From: Candidatus Omnitrophota bacterium
GTDB lineage: Bacteria; Omnitrophota; Gorgyraeia; Zapsychrales; JANLHA01
Reading direction: 5' to 3'
Assembly: GCA_963662715.1 (NCBI GenBank)
Contig: OY759724.1
Coordinates: 3,150,001-3,182,000, forward strand
DNA length: 32,000 nucleotides
The position numbers and the translations under genes are program-made. Below are positions 1 through 7,394 of this stretch, one piece after another. Under the pieces are notes generated by a model. The model was not told the origin of the DNA. It saw only the letters and a list, made by a program, of their open reading frames with translations, and did not search any database. Positions within the stretch are counted from its first letter, which is position 1. Each line of letters begins with the position of its first letter.

Positions 1-1188
1 TACCCGGATCTTCCCAAAGGATACCAGATATCTCAGTACGATTATCCGATAGGACGCAACGGGTATATCGATGTTTTGTCCGAACAAGGGGCGAAAAGAA
101 TACGCATTCACCGGGCGCATCTTGAAGAGGATGCAGGAAAACTCATTCATGACTCTAATAATAAGCTGAGTCTGGTCGATTATAACCGCACGGGCACGCC
201 CTTAATGGAGATCGTAAGCGAGCCGGACATGCGGGCGCCACAGGAAGCCTATGATTATTTAAACACCCTGAAACTTATCCTGCAATATTTGCGGGTTTCT
301 GACTGCGATATGGAAAAGGGGAGTTTACGGTGTGACGCCAATATTTCCCTCAGGCCGGCCGGGGAAACAAAACTCGGCGTCAAATCAGAAATCAAAAACC
401 TGAACTCATTCCGGGCCGTAAAGGCGGCTCTGGAATATGAAGTGACCCGCCACCAACGCCTGTTGCTGGCCGGCAAGCCGGTTGTTCAGGAAACAAGGCT
501 CTGGGATGAACAGGAGCAAGTCACGCATGCCATGAGAAGCAAGGAAGAAGCCCACGATTACCGCTATTTTCCGGAACCGGATCTGGTGCCTTTCACGGCA
601 TCGAAAAATGTTGTGGAGGACATCCGCCAGTCGTTACCGGAAGCCCCGCAGGACAAACTGGCCCGTTTGAAAAAACAATATGAACTGGCTGATTATGATG
701 CTAATATTCTTGTTCAGGATCCGGATCTGTCTGATTTTTTTGAAGAATGCGCAAAAGGATTTAAATCCTATAAAAAAATATGCAACTGGATCAACGGCCC
801 GGTCTTGCAGGAAATGAACCAAAAGAAGACCTCTTTGGCCGATTTGAACCTTTCAGCAAAAAACTTTATTGAACTTATAGAAAAAGTTGAAGAAGGGACG
901 GTGAGTCAACTCGTTGGAAAAGACATATTCAAGAAAATGCTGGACACCGGACGCGCCGCGTCAGAAATTATCGAGTCCGAAGGTCTGGCACAGGTTTCTG
1001 ACCACAAGGCATTGGAACGCTTTGTGGATCAGGTGATTGCCAATAATGCCAAAGCCGCGCAAGAAATCAAAGACGGAAAGATGCAGGCATTAGGATTTTT
1101 GATCGGACAAACCATGAAACTCACTCAAGGCAAAGCCAACCCCAAAATGCTGGGGGATCTTATAAAAAGGAGGCTTCTCGATGGCTAA
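1..1188 (+). CDS. gatB: Asp/Glu-tRNA(Asn/Gln) amidotransferase subunit B, 5'-truncated by the window edge
   Basis: Frame 1 is open from base 1 (YPDLPKGYQISQYDYPIGRNGYIDV...). It continues in frame into the listed 76..1188 ORF, so the gene starts upstream of the window. GatB motifs are present: PDLPKGYQISQ, HRAHLEEDAGK and EPDMR. The C-terminal tail is GatB/YqeY-like (QALGFLIGQTMKLTQGKANPKML). Confidence 0.92.
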   Translation, partial: YPDLPKGYQISQYDYPIGRNGYIDVLSEQGAKRIRIHRAHLEEDAGKLIHDSNNKLSLVDYNRTGTPLMEIVSEPDMRAPQEAYDYLNTLKLILQYLRVSDCDMEKGSLRCDANISLRPAGETKLGVKSEIKNLNSFRAVKAALEYEVTRHQRLLLAGKPVVQETRLWDEQEQVTHAMRSKEEAHDYRYFPEPDLVPFTASKNVVEDIRQSLPEAPQDKLARLKKQYELADYDANILVQDPDLSDFFEECAKGFKSYKKICNWINGPVLQEMNQKKTSLADLNLSAKNFIELIEKVEEGTVSQLVGKDIFKKMLDTGRAASEIIESEGLAQVSDHKALERFVDQVIANNAKAAQEIKDGKMQALGFLIGQTMKLTQGKANPKMLGDLIKRRLLDG

Positions 1189-2503
1189 AAAGTTTTTTTC
1201 TGTGTTTTTGGGATTATCTTTGATCCTGTTTTTTTCTTCTCTCGCTGTTTCCCAAATGGATGCATCAAAAAAGATTGACGACCTCTATTCTCAAATAGAG
1301 ATATTCAGTTATGCTTTAACGACTATTCAATCAGAATACGTGGACGAAAAAAAACCTCAGGATATCATTTACGGGGCCTTGTCAGGGATGTTAGCTTCTC
1401 TGGATCCGCATTCACAATTTCTCACTCCGGAGGACTACCTGGATCTTAAAACCGAAACCCAGGGGAAATTCGGAGGCTTAGGGATCGAGATTTCCATCAA
1501 GGACGGATTATTAACAATTATCAGCCCTATCGAGGGGACGCCGGCCTGGGAGGCGGGATTAAAAGCCGGGGATATTATTGTTAAGATAGAAGATGAAATC
1601 ACAAAAAATATTACGCTGGGGGACGCGGTCAAGAAATTAAGAGGGGAGCCGGGAGAACCGGTCACGATCACCATCCTCCGCGAAAAAGAATTTAAAATTG
1701 AAGATTATACCATCGTAAGAGAAATCATTCAGATTCAGGATATCAAAGACACACAAATCCTGGAAGATAATATCGGATATATTCGCCTCACAGAATTCCG
1801 GGAAGATACCCATAAAGAATTTCAGAAAGCCATCGTTGAATTGCGGGAACAAAATGCCGACAGTCTCATACTGGACCTCCGAAACAATCCCGGAGGATTG
1901 TTAAACGCGGCTATTGACTGCACGGACGAGTTATTAGCACCGGGGCTGATGATTGTTTCGACAAAAGGCCGCCGTCTATCCCAAAACCTGGAAACAAAAT
2001 CCACTGATAATGAAGGGAAGGCTTTAGACTGGCCTATCGTTGTGCTGATCAATGAAGGCAGCGCCTCAGGAAGCGAAATTCTGGCCGGAGCCCTTAAAGA
2101 CAATCAGCGGGCCGTTATCGTGGGAGAACAATCCTTCGGAAAGGGTTCCGTTCAATCGGTTATCCCCCTTCCAGACGGTTCCGGGTTACGTCTCACAACA
2201 AGCAAATATTTCACGCCTTCCGGCGTATCGATCCACGGCACAGGGATAACCCCTGATATCATCGTTGAACGCATCTATGAAAAAACAACCGAGGGCATTG
2301 AGGAGAATTCCAAGAAAGAACAGGAAATAGAAGAGATTTTTGACAATGTAGAGATTAAAGATGCCCAGGACCCCGAGAGACTCAAGCTAGACAAAAAAGC
2401 CTTGGAAACGCATGAAAAGCTTCTCAAAGACAATCAAATCCAGACAGCCATAAGCGTTATCAAGGGGATAAAAGTCTTCAAGTCTTTTGGGCATTCTGGC
2501 TAA
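1181..2503 (+). CDS. ctpA: Carboxy-terminal processing protease (S41 family) with PDZ domain
   Basis: N-terminal signal/TM segment. PDZ segment GLGIEISIKDGLLTIISPIEGTPAWEAGLKAGDIIVKI. S41 catalytic blocks NPGGLL, GSASGSEILAGALKD and FGKGSVQ. AAGGAGG RBS 9 nt upstream. 8-nt overlap with the gatB stop. Confidence 0.9.
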   Translation: MAKKFFSVFLGLSLILFFSSLAVSQMDASKKIDDLYSQIEIFSYALTTIQSEYVDEKKPQDIIYGALSGMLASLDPHSQFLTPEDYLDLKTETQGKFGGLGIEISIKDGLLTIISPIEGTPAWEAGLKAGDIIVKIEDEITKNITLGDAVKKLRGEPGEPVTITILREKEFKIEDYTIVREIIQIQDIKDTQILEDNIGYIRLTEFREDTHKEFQKAIVELREQNADSLILDLRNNPGGLLNAAIDCTDELLAPGLMIVSTKGRRLSQNLETKSTDNEGKALDWPIVVLINEGSASGSEILAGALKDNQRAVIVGEQSFGKGSVQSVIPLPDGSGLRLTTSKYFTPSGVSIHGTGITPDIIVERIYEKTTEGIEENSKKEQEIEEIFDNVEIKDAQDPERLKLDKKALETHEKLLKDNQIQTAISVIKGIKVFKSFGHSG

Positions 2504-2507
2504 ACCC

Positions 2508-3338
2508 ATGCCGGGGAAAAGAAAAACACAAATGATGAGGCAAAACGAGAAGATTAAAGACCTGCTCATCGTCTTCTTAGGTATTATTGTCTTGGTCGAA
2601 TCATTGTTGCTCGCCCGCATCTATTTTCCGCTTTTTCGACACAAACCTAAAATCCCTAAACAGACGTCTCTGGCCAAAATCGCCATCATTATCGACGACA
2701 ACGGCTACAGCACGAAAGACTGCGAGGCCCTGTCGCAAATCGATGATCCCATTACGATTTCCGTTTTGCCGCATCTCCGCTATTCCAGGGAAGTGGCTGT
2801 CTGCGCCCATGATCATCACAAAGAAGTCATGCTCCACCTGCCTTTAGAACCCCACCGGAACAGAGATAAATATCCTAACAATTATTTAATAACAACCTCC
2901 ATGCCAGACAGCCTGGTGATTCAAAAGTTCAATGAGGCGATACAAAGCGTCCCTTTTGCAAAGGGCCTCAATAACCACATGGGCTCCAAGGCGACGGAAG
3001 ATGTTGAGCTGATGTCTGTCATATTTACCCAGATGAAAAGAAACAATCTCTATTTTGTCGACAGCCGGGTCACCCGAAAAACAATCTGTCCTTATTTGGC
3101 CCGGAAACGCAATCTGCCTTTCGCGGAAAGGGATGTCTTCCTGGACAATGAAAACGACAGGGCGTATATCGAACAGCAATTTTTAAAACTCAAACAGCAA
3201 GCCGTTAAAAACGGGTACGCCATAGGGATAGGACATGCCAGACCTTTAACGTGGCAGATTATTAAGGAACAAACCGAGCACCTGTCGGCTTTGGGGTATG
3301 AATTCGTCACGGTAAAATCGATCATCGACTCTCTTTAA
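2508..3338 (+). CDS. Divergent polysaccharide deacetylase family protein (YibQ-like)
   Basis: N-terminal TM helix followed by YibQ-family blocks: IAIIIDDNGYS, ISVLPH, HLPLEP, NNHMGSKAT and IGIGHARP. The start is uncertain. The ORF track uses TTG at 2487; I list the first ATG at 2508. Confidence 0.8.
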   Translation: MPGKRKTQMMRQNEKIKDLLIVFLGIIVLVESLLLARIYFPLFRHKPKIPKQTSLAKIAIIIDDNGYSTKDCEALSQIDDPITISVLPHLRYSREVAVCAHDHHKEVMLHLPLEPHRNRDKYPNNYLITTSMPDSLVIQKFNEAIQSVPFAKGLNNHMGSKATEDVELMSVIFTQMKRNNLYFVDSRVTRKTICPYLARKRNLPFAERDVFLDNENDRAYIEQQFLKLKQQAVKNGYAIGIGHARPLTWQIIKEQTEHLSALGYEFVTVKSIIDSL

Positions 3339-3359
3339 TTTATTCTTTACGAATTTTCT

Positions 3360-4331
3360 ATGCATATCCTCGGAATCGAAACCTCTTGCGACGAGACATC
3401 GGCAGCCATTGTTAAAGATGGACGGGACATTCTTTCTAATGTTTTTGTCTCGAGCCTGAAAGAACACAAGAAATACGGGGGCATCATTCCGGAAATAGCT
3501 TCTCGCAGACAAATGGAATCCATCCACATGGTTGTTGAAGACGCCTGCGACAAAGCTCGGATATCCCTAAAACGCATCCAGACGATCGCCGTCACCCAAT
3601 CGCCCGGCCTGATTGGCTCCCTGCTGGTAGGGCTCTCATTTGCCAGAGCCTTAAGCTTTGCGCTGCAAAAGCCATTGATTGAAGTCGATCATATTAAAGC
3701 GCATCTATATGCGACATCTTTACGGGACCGAACGCTCTCCGGAAAAAAAGAGAGGCCCCTTTTGCCGGCCATCGGGCTTATCGTTTCGGGAGGACATACG
3801 AGTCTTTATCTTATAAAAAACTGGTCGAATTTCATCTCACTCGGCCGGACGCGCGATGATGCGGCAGGGGAGGCCTTTGATAAAGTGGCCCGGATTCTGC
3901 ATTTGGGATATCCCGGCGGGCCTGTTATCGATAAGATTTCCCAAAAGGCGGCCAAGGGCCACGGCATCTCTTTTCATTGCGCCGATTTACCCGGGACCTT
4001 TGACTTCAGCTTCAGCGGGATCAAGACCGCCGTCCTTTATTATCAACAGAAACACAACGTGAAAAACATCCAAACCAAGGCCCAGGTGGCACAAGCCTTT
4101 CAGGACAGCGTTGTTTCAGTCCTGGTTCAAAAATGCTCAAGAGCCTGCCAGGAACATAATATTCACACATTGATTTTCGGCGGCGGGGTTGCGGCCAACA
4201 CAAAATTGCGTCATGAAATAGACATCCTGGCGAAGGAGCAGAATATTACTGTCTTTTTCCCACCGCTTGCGTTATGTATGGATAATGCAGCCATGGTGGC
4301 GGGGTACGCATATCATTTAATAAAAAGATAG
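3360..4331 (+). CDS. tsaD: tRNA N6-adenosine threonylcarbamoyltransferase (Kae1/Gcp family)
   Basis: ILGIETSCDETSAAIV N-terminus; HIKAHLYA, SGGHT and GGGVAAN blocks typical of TsaD. Confidence 0.92.
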   Translation: MHILGIETSCDETSAAIVKDGRDILSNVFVSSLKEHKKYGGIIPEIASRRQMESIHMVVEDACDKARISLKRIQTIAVTQSPGLIGSLLVGLSFARALSFALQKPLIEVDHIKAHLYATSLRDRTLSGKKERPLLPAIGLIVSGGHTSLYLIKNWSNFISLGRTRDDAAGEAFDKVARILHLGYPGGPVIDKISQKAAKGHGISFHCADLPGTFDFSFSGIKTAVLYYQQKHNVKNIQTKAQVAQAFQDSVVSVLVQKCSRACQEHNIHTLIFGGGVAANTKLRHEIDILAKEQNITVFFPPLALCMDNAAMVAGYAYHLIKR

Positions 4332-4399
4332 ATTTAAATTTTCTTCTCCACCTGAATTTGCTAAAATAGTATTAATTAAGTTTAGTTAAGGAGTTTAGG

Positions 4400-4843
4400 G
4401 TGAAGATTTCACTGTTTGAATTAATATTTAAACTCATCTTAACAACACTCCTGTGCAGCATCATCGGGGGGGAGAGAGAAATCCGGCATAAGGGGGCGGG
4501 CTTGCGGACTCATATTCTTGTAGGCTTGGGGTCTGCGCTGTTCGTGCTAATTTCTTTTCATATTGTTGAGATTTTCAAAAATACGACTCTTGTTGATCCA
4601 ACGCGTATAATCACAGGCATCGTCACCGGGATCGGGTTCCTCTGCGCCGGGACTATTATCCGCTGTGAATCCAACGTGATCGGGCTGACAACAGCGGCAA
4701 CGCTCTGGATTGTCTCGGGCATCGGGATGGCGGTCGGAGCAGGAGTCTATGCCGGGGCCATAGTGTTCACTCTTGTTGTCTTTTTTGTGCTCGTGGGAGC
4801 TCGTTCTTTTGAAAAAAGACTTAAAAAAAGATTATGTAACTAA
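4400..4843 (+). CDS. MgtC/SapB family membrane protein (membrane domain only)
   Basis: GTG start 6 nt after AAGGAG. GGEREIRHKGAGLRTHILVGLGSALF signature plus about 4 TM helices. At 147 aa it lacks the soluble C-terminal domain of long MgtC proteins. Confidence 0.8.
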   Translation: MKISLFELIFKLILTTLLCSIIGGEREIRHKGAGLRTHILVGLGSALFVLISFHIVEIFKNTTLVDPTRIITGIVTGIGFLCAGTIIRCESNVIGLTTAATLWIVSGIGMAVGAGVYAGAIVFTLVVFFVLVGARSFEKRLKKRLCN

Positions 4844-4853
4844 GGAGGATAAT

Positions 4854-5378
4854 ATGGTGATTCGCGGGAGAAATAAAATCAATGAAATAGAACCCCAGGA
4901 AAAAAGTATTGACATTAATGCCCAAATGCAGGGGACACTCTCATTTAAAGATCCGGTGAATTTGAAGGTCAACGGCAACTTTAAGGGGACTCTGGAGGTC
5001 AAAGGAACGCTGACAATCGGGAATTCGGCTTTTGTCGAAGCGCATATTACCGGAGAAAACATCATCATTGCCGGTAAAGTCCGGGGAGACATCATTGCCA
5101 AAAAAATGCTCGTCCTGATGCCCACAGCCGTTCTGACAGGCAACATATCGACCCCCAAACTCAACGTTGTGGAAGGCGCCATATTCCAGGGGAAATGCCA
5201 GATGATGGAAGATATCCTGTCCGTGGAAGAGCTTTCAAAATATCTCGAAATTGATGCTCCGGCGATTATCGAGCTCGCCAATGCCGGGCAAATCCCGGCA
5301 ACGAGAAACGGAGATGACTGGACCTTTGAACGCTCAAAGATAGACACCTGGGCTGCCTCAGGACAGGTCAATGACTAG
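4854..5378 (+). CDS. Bactofilin (polymer-forming cytoskeletal protein) fused to a C-terminal excisionase-type HTH domain
   Basis: ATG at 4854 lies 6 nt after GGAGG, which directly follows the mgtC-family stop. The upstream part of track ORF 4773.. overlaps that gene and is probably not translated. The product has a repetitive beta-helix bactofilin pattern (LKVNGNFKGTLEVKGTLTIGNSAFVEAHITGENIIIAGKVRGDIIAKKMLVL...GAIFQGKC). It is followed by LSVEELSKYLEIDAPAIIELANAGQIPATRNGDDWTFERSKIDTWA, which is HTH_17-like. Confidence 0.8.
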   Translation: MVIRGRNKINEIEPQEKSIDINAQMQGTLSFKDPVNLKVNGNFKGTLEVKGTLTIGNSAFVEAHITGENIIIAGKVRGDIIAKKMLVLMPTAVLTGNISTPKLNVVEGAIFQGKCQMMEDILSVEELSKYLEIDAPAIIELANAGQIPATRNGDDWTFERSKIDTWAASGQVND

Positions 5379-5405
5379 ATATGCCGATCTTAGGGATTTT
5401 CTTTT

Positions 5406-5714
5406 ATGACAGACAATCAATATATTTCCGTAAGAGAAACGGCTCAGTTGCTTGAAATTTCCGAGAAGCAGGTCATGACTTTAATTGAAGAAAAGCAATT
5501 AATGGCTTACCGGATTGCGAATCAGTTTCTCCGGCTTAAAAAATCCGAGGTTTTATCTCTACAACAGCAAAATGCCGTGGCCCCGGAAGAAGAGACGGAT
5601 TATCCGTATACACTAGGGGAACGGGTCAAAGATTTCTTTTATTATAACGACTTTTATATTCTCTGCGGGCTCGTCGTATTAGGATTATTGTTTTATATTT
5701 TTTATATGGCCTGA
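5406..5714 (+). CDS. Excisionase-type HTH domain protein with C-terminal transmembrane anchor
   Basis: N-terminal ISVRETAQLLEISEKQVMTLIEEKQLMAYRIANQFLRLKKSEV (HTH_17 pattern). It can be aligned with the C-terminus of the preceding gene. The C-terminal FYILCGLVVLGLLFYIFYMA is a single TM helix. Confidence 0.65.
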   Translation: MTDNQYISVRETAQLLEISEKQVMTLIEEKQLMAYRIANQFLRLKKSEVLSLQQQNAVAPEEETDYPYTLGERVKDFFYYNDFYILCGLVVLGLLFYIFYMA

Positions 5715-5841
5715 AAATCTGCCTGCGGTCACAGGGATAATATTTTCATATAAAATATCTCCAAATTTTTTGAATCTTAAAACGCCGTAAGAATTCATAT
5801 CCAAAAATCCAATCCGTGTTATTATAAAGAAAATATCTCTC

Positions 5842-6219
5842 ATGGAAAAAATTTCTTACTACACAAAAACAAAATGTCCTTCCCGTATCTTTCTCGCTGC
5901 TGTTCCGCTTGTAGTCCTAATGCTGACAGGCTGTTCGACAGCCAAAATACAAGAAAAAAAAGCTGAGCTTGAGGCCAAGAAGAAAAATTTCGCTGCCCTA
6001 ACCACCGCGGCCGCAAGAGGAGAAATCAAAATAGGGACCGAGAAAGAGGTGATCCTTGAAAAATACGGAGAACCGGATAATCTCTACAAGTCCTTCTCTC
6101 AGGTTAGCAGCACAGAAATATGGACTTATGAAAGCGGGTCCGAGGAACGGTTCGGGAAAGACTGGCGTCCGATCCGGTTATATTTTGCCGATGACAAGCT
6201 CATCAATCTGTCTTATTAA
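5842..6219 (+). CDS. Lipoprotein, BamE/SmpA-OmlA-like
   Basis: Lipobox LMLTGC after a hydrophobic signal segment. The C-terminal part (IKIGTEKEVILEKYGEPDN...EIWTYES...IRLYFADDKLINLSY) follows the BamE-like pattern G-x-t-x-x-e-V-x-x-x-G-x-P ... W-x-Y ... v-x-F. Confidence 0.5.
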   Translation: MEKISYYTKTKCPSRIFLAAVPLVVLMLTGCSTAKIQEKKAELEAKKKNFAALTTAAARGEIKIGTEKEVILEKYGEPDNLYKSFSQVSSTEIWTYESGSEERFGKDWRPIRLYFADDKLINLSY

Positions 6220-6259
6220 GAAGCTGAGGAATTATTTTTCATGCCGTCTTAAAAATCAC

Positions 6260-6288
6260 TTGCCAAGCAGGACTCTTTAGCGTAAAAT
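6260..6288 (+). promoter_or_regulatory. Candidate sigma70-type promoter for the tRNA gene
   Basis: TTGCCA (6260-6265), a 17-nt spacer, then TAAAAT (6283-6288). It lies about 50 nt upstream of the mature tRNA 5' end. Confidence 0.4.
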
Positions 6289-6339
6289 TTAATACTTCTT
6301 TAATGTTTGATTTTAAGCAGGCAGGTTTGCACAATTCGT

Positions 6340-6416
6340 GGCGAGGTAGCTCAGTTGGTCAGAGCACACGGCTCATACCCGTGGCGTCGAGAGTTCGAAT
6401 CTCTCCCTCGCTACCA
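6340..6416 (+). tRNA. tRNA with CAU anticodon (elongator Met-like; tRNA-Ile2/lysidine type not excluded), CCA encoded
   Basis: Hand-folded cloverleaf. Acceptor GGCGAGG/CCTCGCT with G1-U72 wobble. D arm GCTC-AGTTGGTCA-GAGC. Anticodon stem CACGG/CCGTG with loop CTCATAC. Variable loop GCGTC. T arm GAGAG-TTCGAAT-CTCTC. Discriminator A followed by CCA. It lacks the three consecutive G-C pairs (29-31/39-41) of initiator tRNA. Confidence 0.9.
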
Positions 6417-6498
6417 TTCTAAGCCGCCCACGTCATATAAAACGATCTTAAGATGTATACACAAACAAATATCCTCAGGATGAAAGAAAGAGGACCTC

Positions 6499-6705
6499 AT
6501 GAAGTGTGTTAATAAAGCCAAAAATATGGATTATTGTAACTGCAGCTATGCCGGCTGTGACAAAGCAGGGGTCTGCTGTGAATGCCTGCACTATCATCGC
6601 AAAAAGGGACAATTGCCCGCCTGCTATTTTCCGGCTGACGCGGAGAAAACCTACAATCGTTCTATTGAGTATTTTATCGAACTCTATCAGTCCAATTCTT
6701 CTTAA
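6499..6705 (+). CDS. Small cysteine-rich protein (DUF6485-like as I recall the family)
   Basis: 68 aa with 8 Cys in the first 42 residues (CNCSYAGCDKAGVCCECLHYHRKKGQLPACYF) followed by PADAEKTYNRS. AGAGGA RBS upstream. The family name is from memory. Confidence 0.6.
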   Translation: MKCVNKAKNMDYCNCSYAGCDKAGVCCECLHYHRKKGQLPACYFPADAEKTYNRSIEYFIELYQSNSS

Positions 6706-6717
6706 ACGGGATATCAA

Positions 6718-7287
6718 ATGCTGCGGGCCCACAGTTTTCTGACAAGAAGACGGTCATACCTTTCTTTCCTGCTCGGAGTATCCCTAAGCATTTTAACCTT
6801 CCCCGAGGCAGAATCCCGCGCGCAGGAACTGTTCCTTTCTTCGCAAACAACCCAAAAAGAAGGGATCGTGACCGAGGTCATCTCTACCGACACCGTTATC
6901 TTGGACCACACCAAAAGAGTAAGACTCATCGGCTTGAAAGCTCTGGATAAACCCCGGATAGCAGACGTTGAACGGGATCAATACGGGTTTAGGGTCCAGA
7001 AAATTTCTCCCGAAACACCCCTGGAAGAACAGGCTCTGCAGTTCGTGCAAACACTTCTGCTTGATAAAGAAGTCGTCATGGAATTCGATAACAGGAGCAA
7101 GGATAACGCTTCAAACGAACTGGTGTATCTTTTCCTGAAGGAGAATGATCTCTTTGTCAATGCAGAAATTCTTCGTCACGGTTATGCGCACCTGCATATT
7201 CAACCCCCCAATTTAAAATATGCCGAACAGCTGAGAAAGGCCTATCGGGAAGCCAGAACTGAAAAAAAAGGGATTCTTAATGAATAA
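6718..7287 (+). CDS. Secreted thermonuclease (staphylococcal nuclease, SNase) family protein
   Basis: N-terminal signal with a twin-arginine-like TRRRSYLSFLLG. SNase-like blocks RVRLIGLKALD, ELVYLFLKENDLFVNAEILRHGYAHL and AYREARTEKKGI. Confidence 0.75.
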   Translation: MLRAHSFLTRRRSYLSFLLGVSLSILTFPEAESRAQELFLSSQTTQKEGIVTEVISTDTVILDHTKRVRLIGLKALDKPRIADVERDQYGFRVQKISPETPLEEQALQFVQTLLLDKEVVMEFDNRSKDNASNELVYLFLKENDLFVNAEILRHGYAHLHIQPPNLKYAEQLRKAYREARTEKKGILNE

Positions 7288-7378
7288 TTTTTTGGGAATA
7301 TTTCTCATATTCATAACTGTCCTGGTTATTTTCACAGCCATCGCCGTAAAGGGGGGGAAATGGTTCAACCGATTTTAA
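7280..7378 (+). CDS. Possible 32-aa single-TM micro-protein
   Basis: ATG at 7280 overlaps the nuclease stop (AATGAATAA). The product is MNNFLGIFLIFITVLVIFTAIAVKGGKWFNRF, a hydrophobic helix with a basic tail. It fills the gap before tilS. There is no homology evidence. Confidence 0.25.
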   Translation: MNNFLGIFLIFITVLVIFTAIAVKGGKWFNRF

Positions 7379-7394
7379 ACCGGCGGAGAGACGT

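Noticed and set aside
4332-4399. Riboswitch candidates: an Mg box upstream of the mgtC-family gene, preQ1 upstream of queH (14243-14318), and THF or c-di-AMP elements near folP and cdaA.
   Set aside because: The leaders are too short (40-76 nt, or overlapping the upstream gene) and lack the conserved cores I know. One example is the missing preQ1-I hairpin followed by an A-rich tail with CUA.
4773-4853. Upstream extension of the bactofilin ORF (track start at 4773), overlapping the mgtC-family gene by 71 nt.
   Set aside because: The ATG at 4854 has a perfect GGAGG at the right spacing immediately after the upstream stop. The extension would add a hydrophobic segment read out of frame from the mgtC-family gene.
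4832-5371. 179-aa minus-strand ORF covering the whole bactofilin gene.
   Set aside because: It is antisense to a gene with clear family motifs and a strong RBS. Its product is low complexity with no recognisable features. Repetitive beta-helix genes often leave the opposite strand open.
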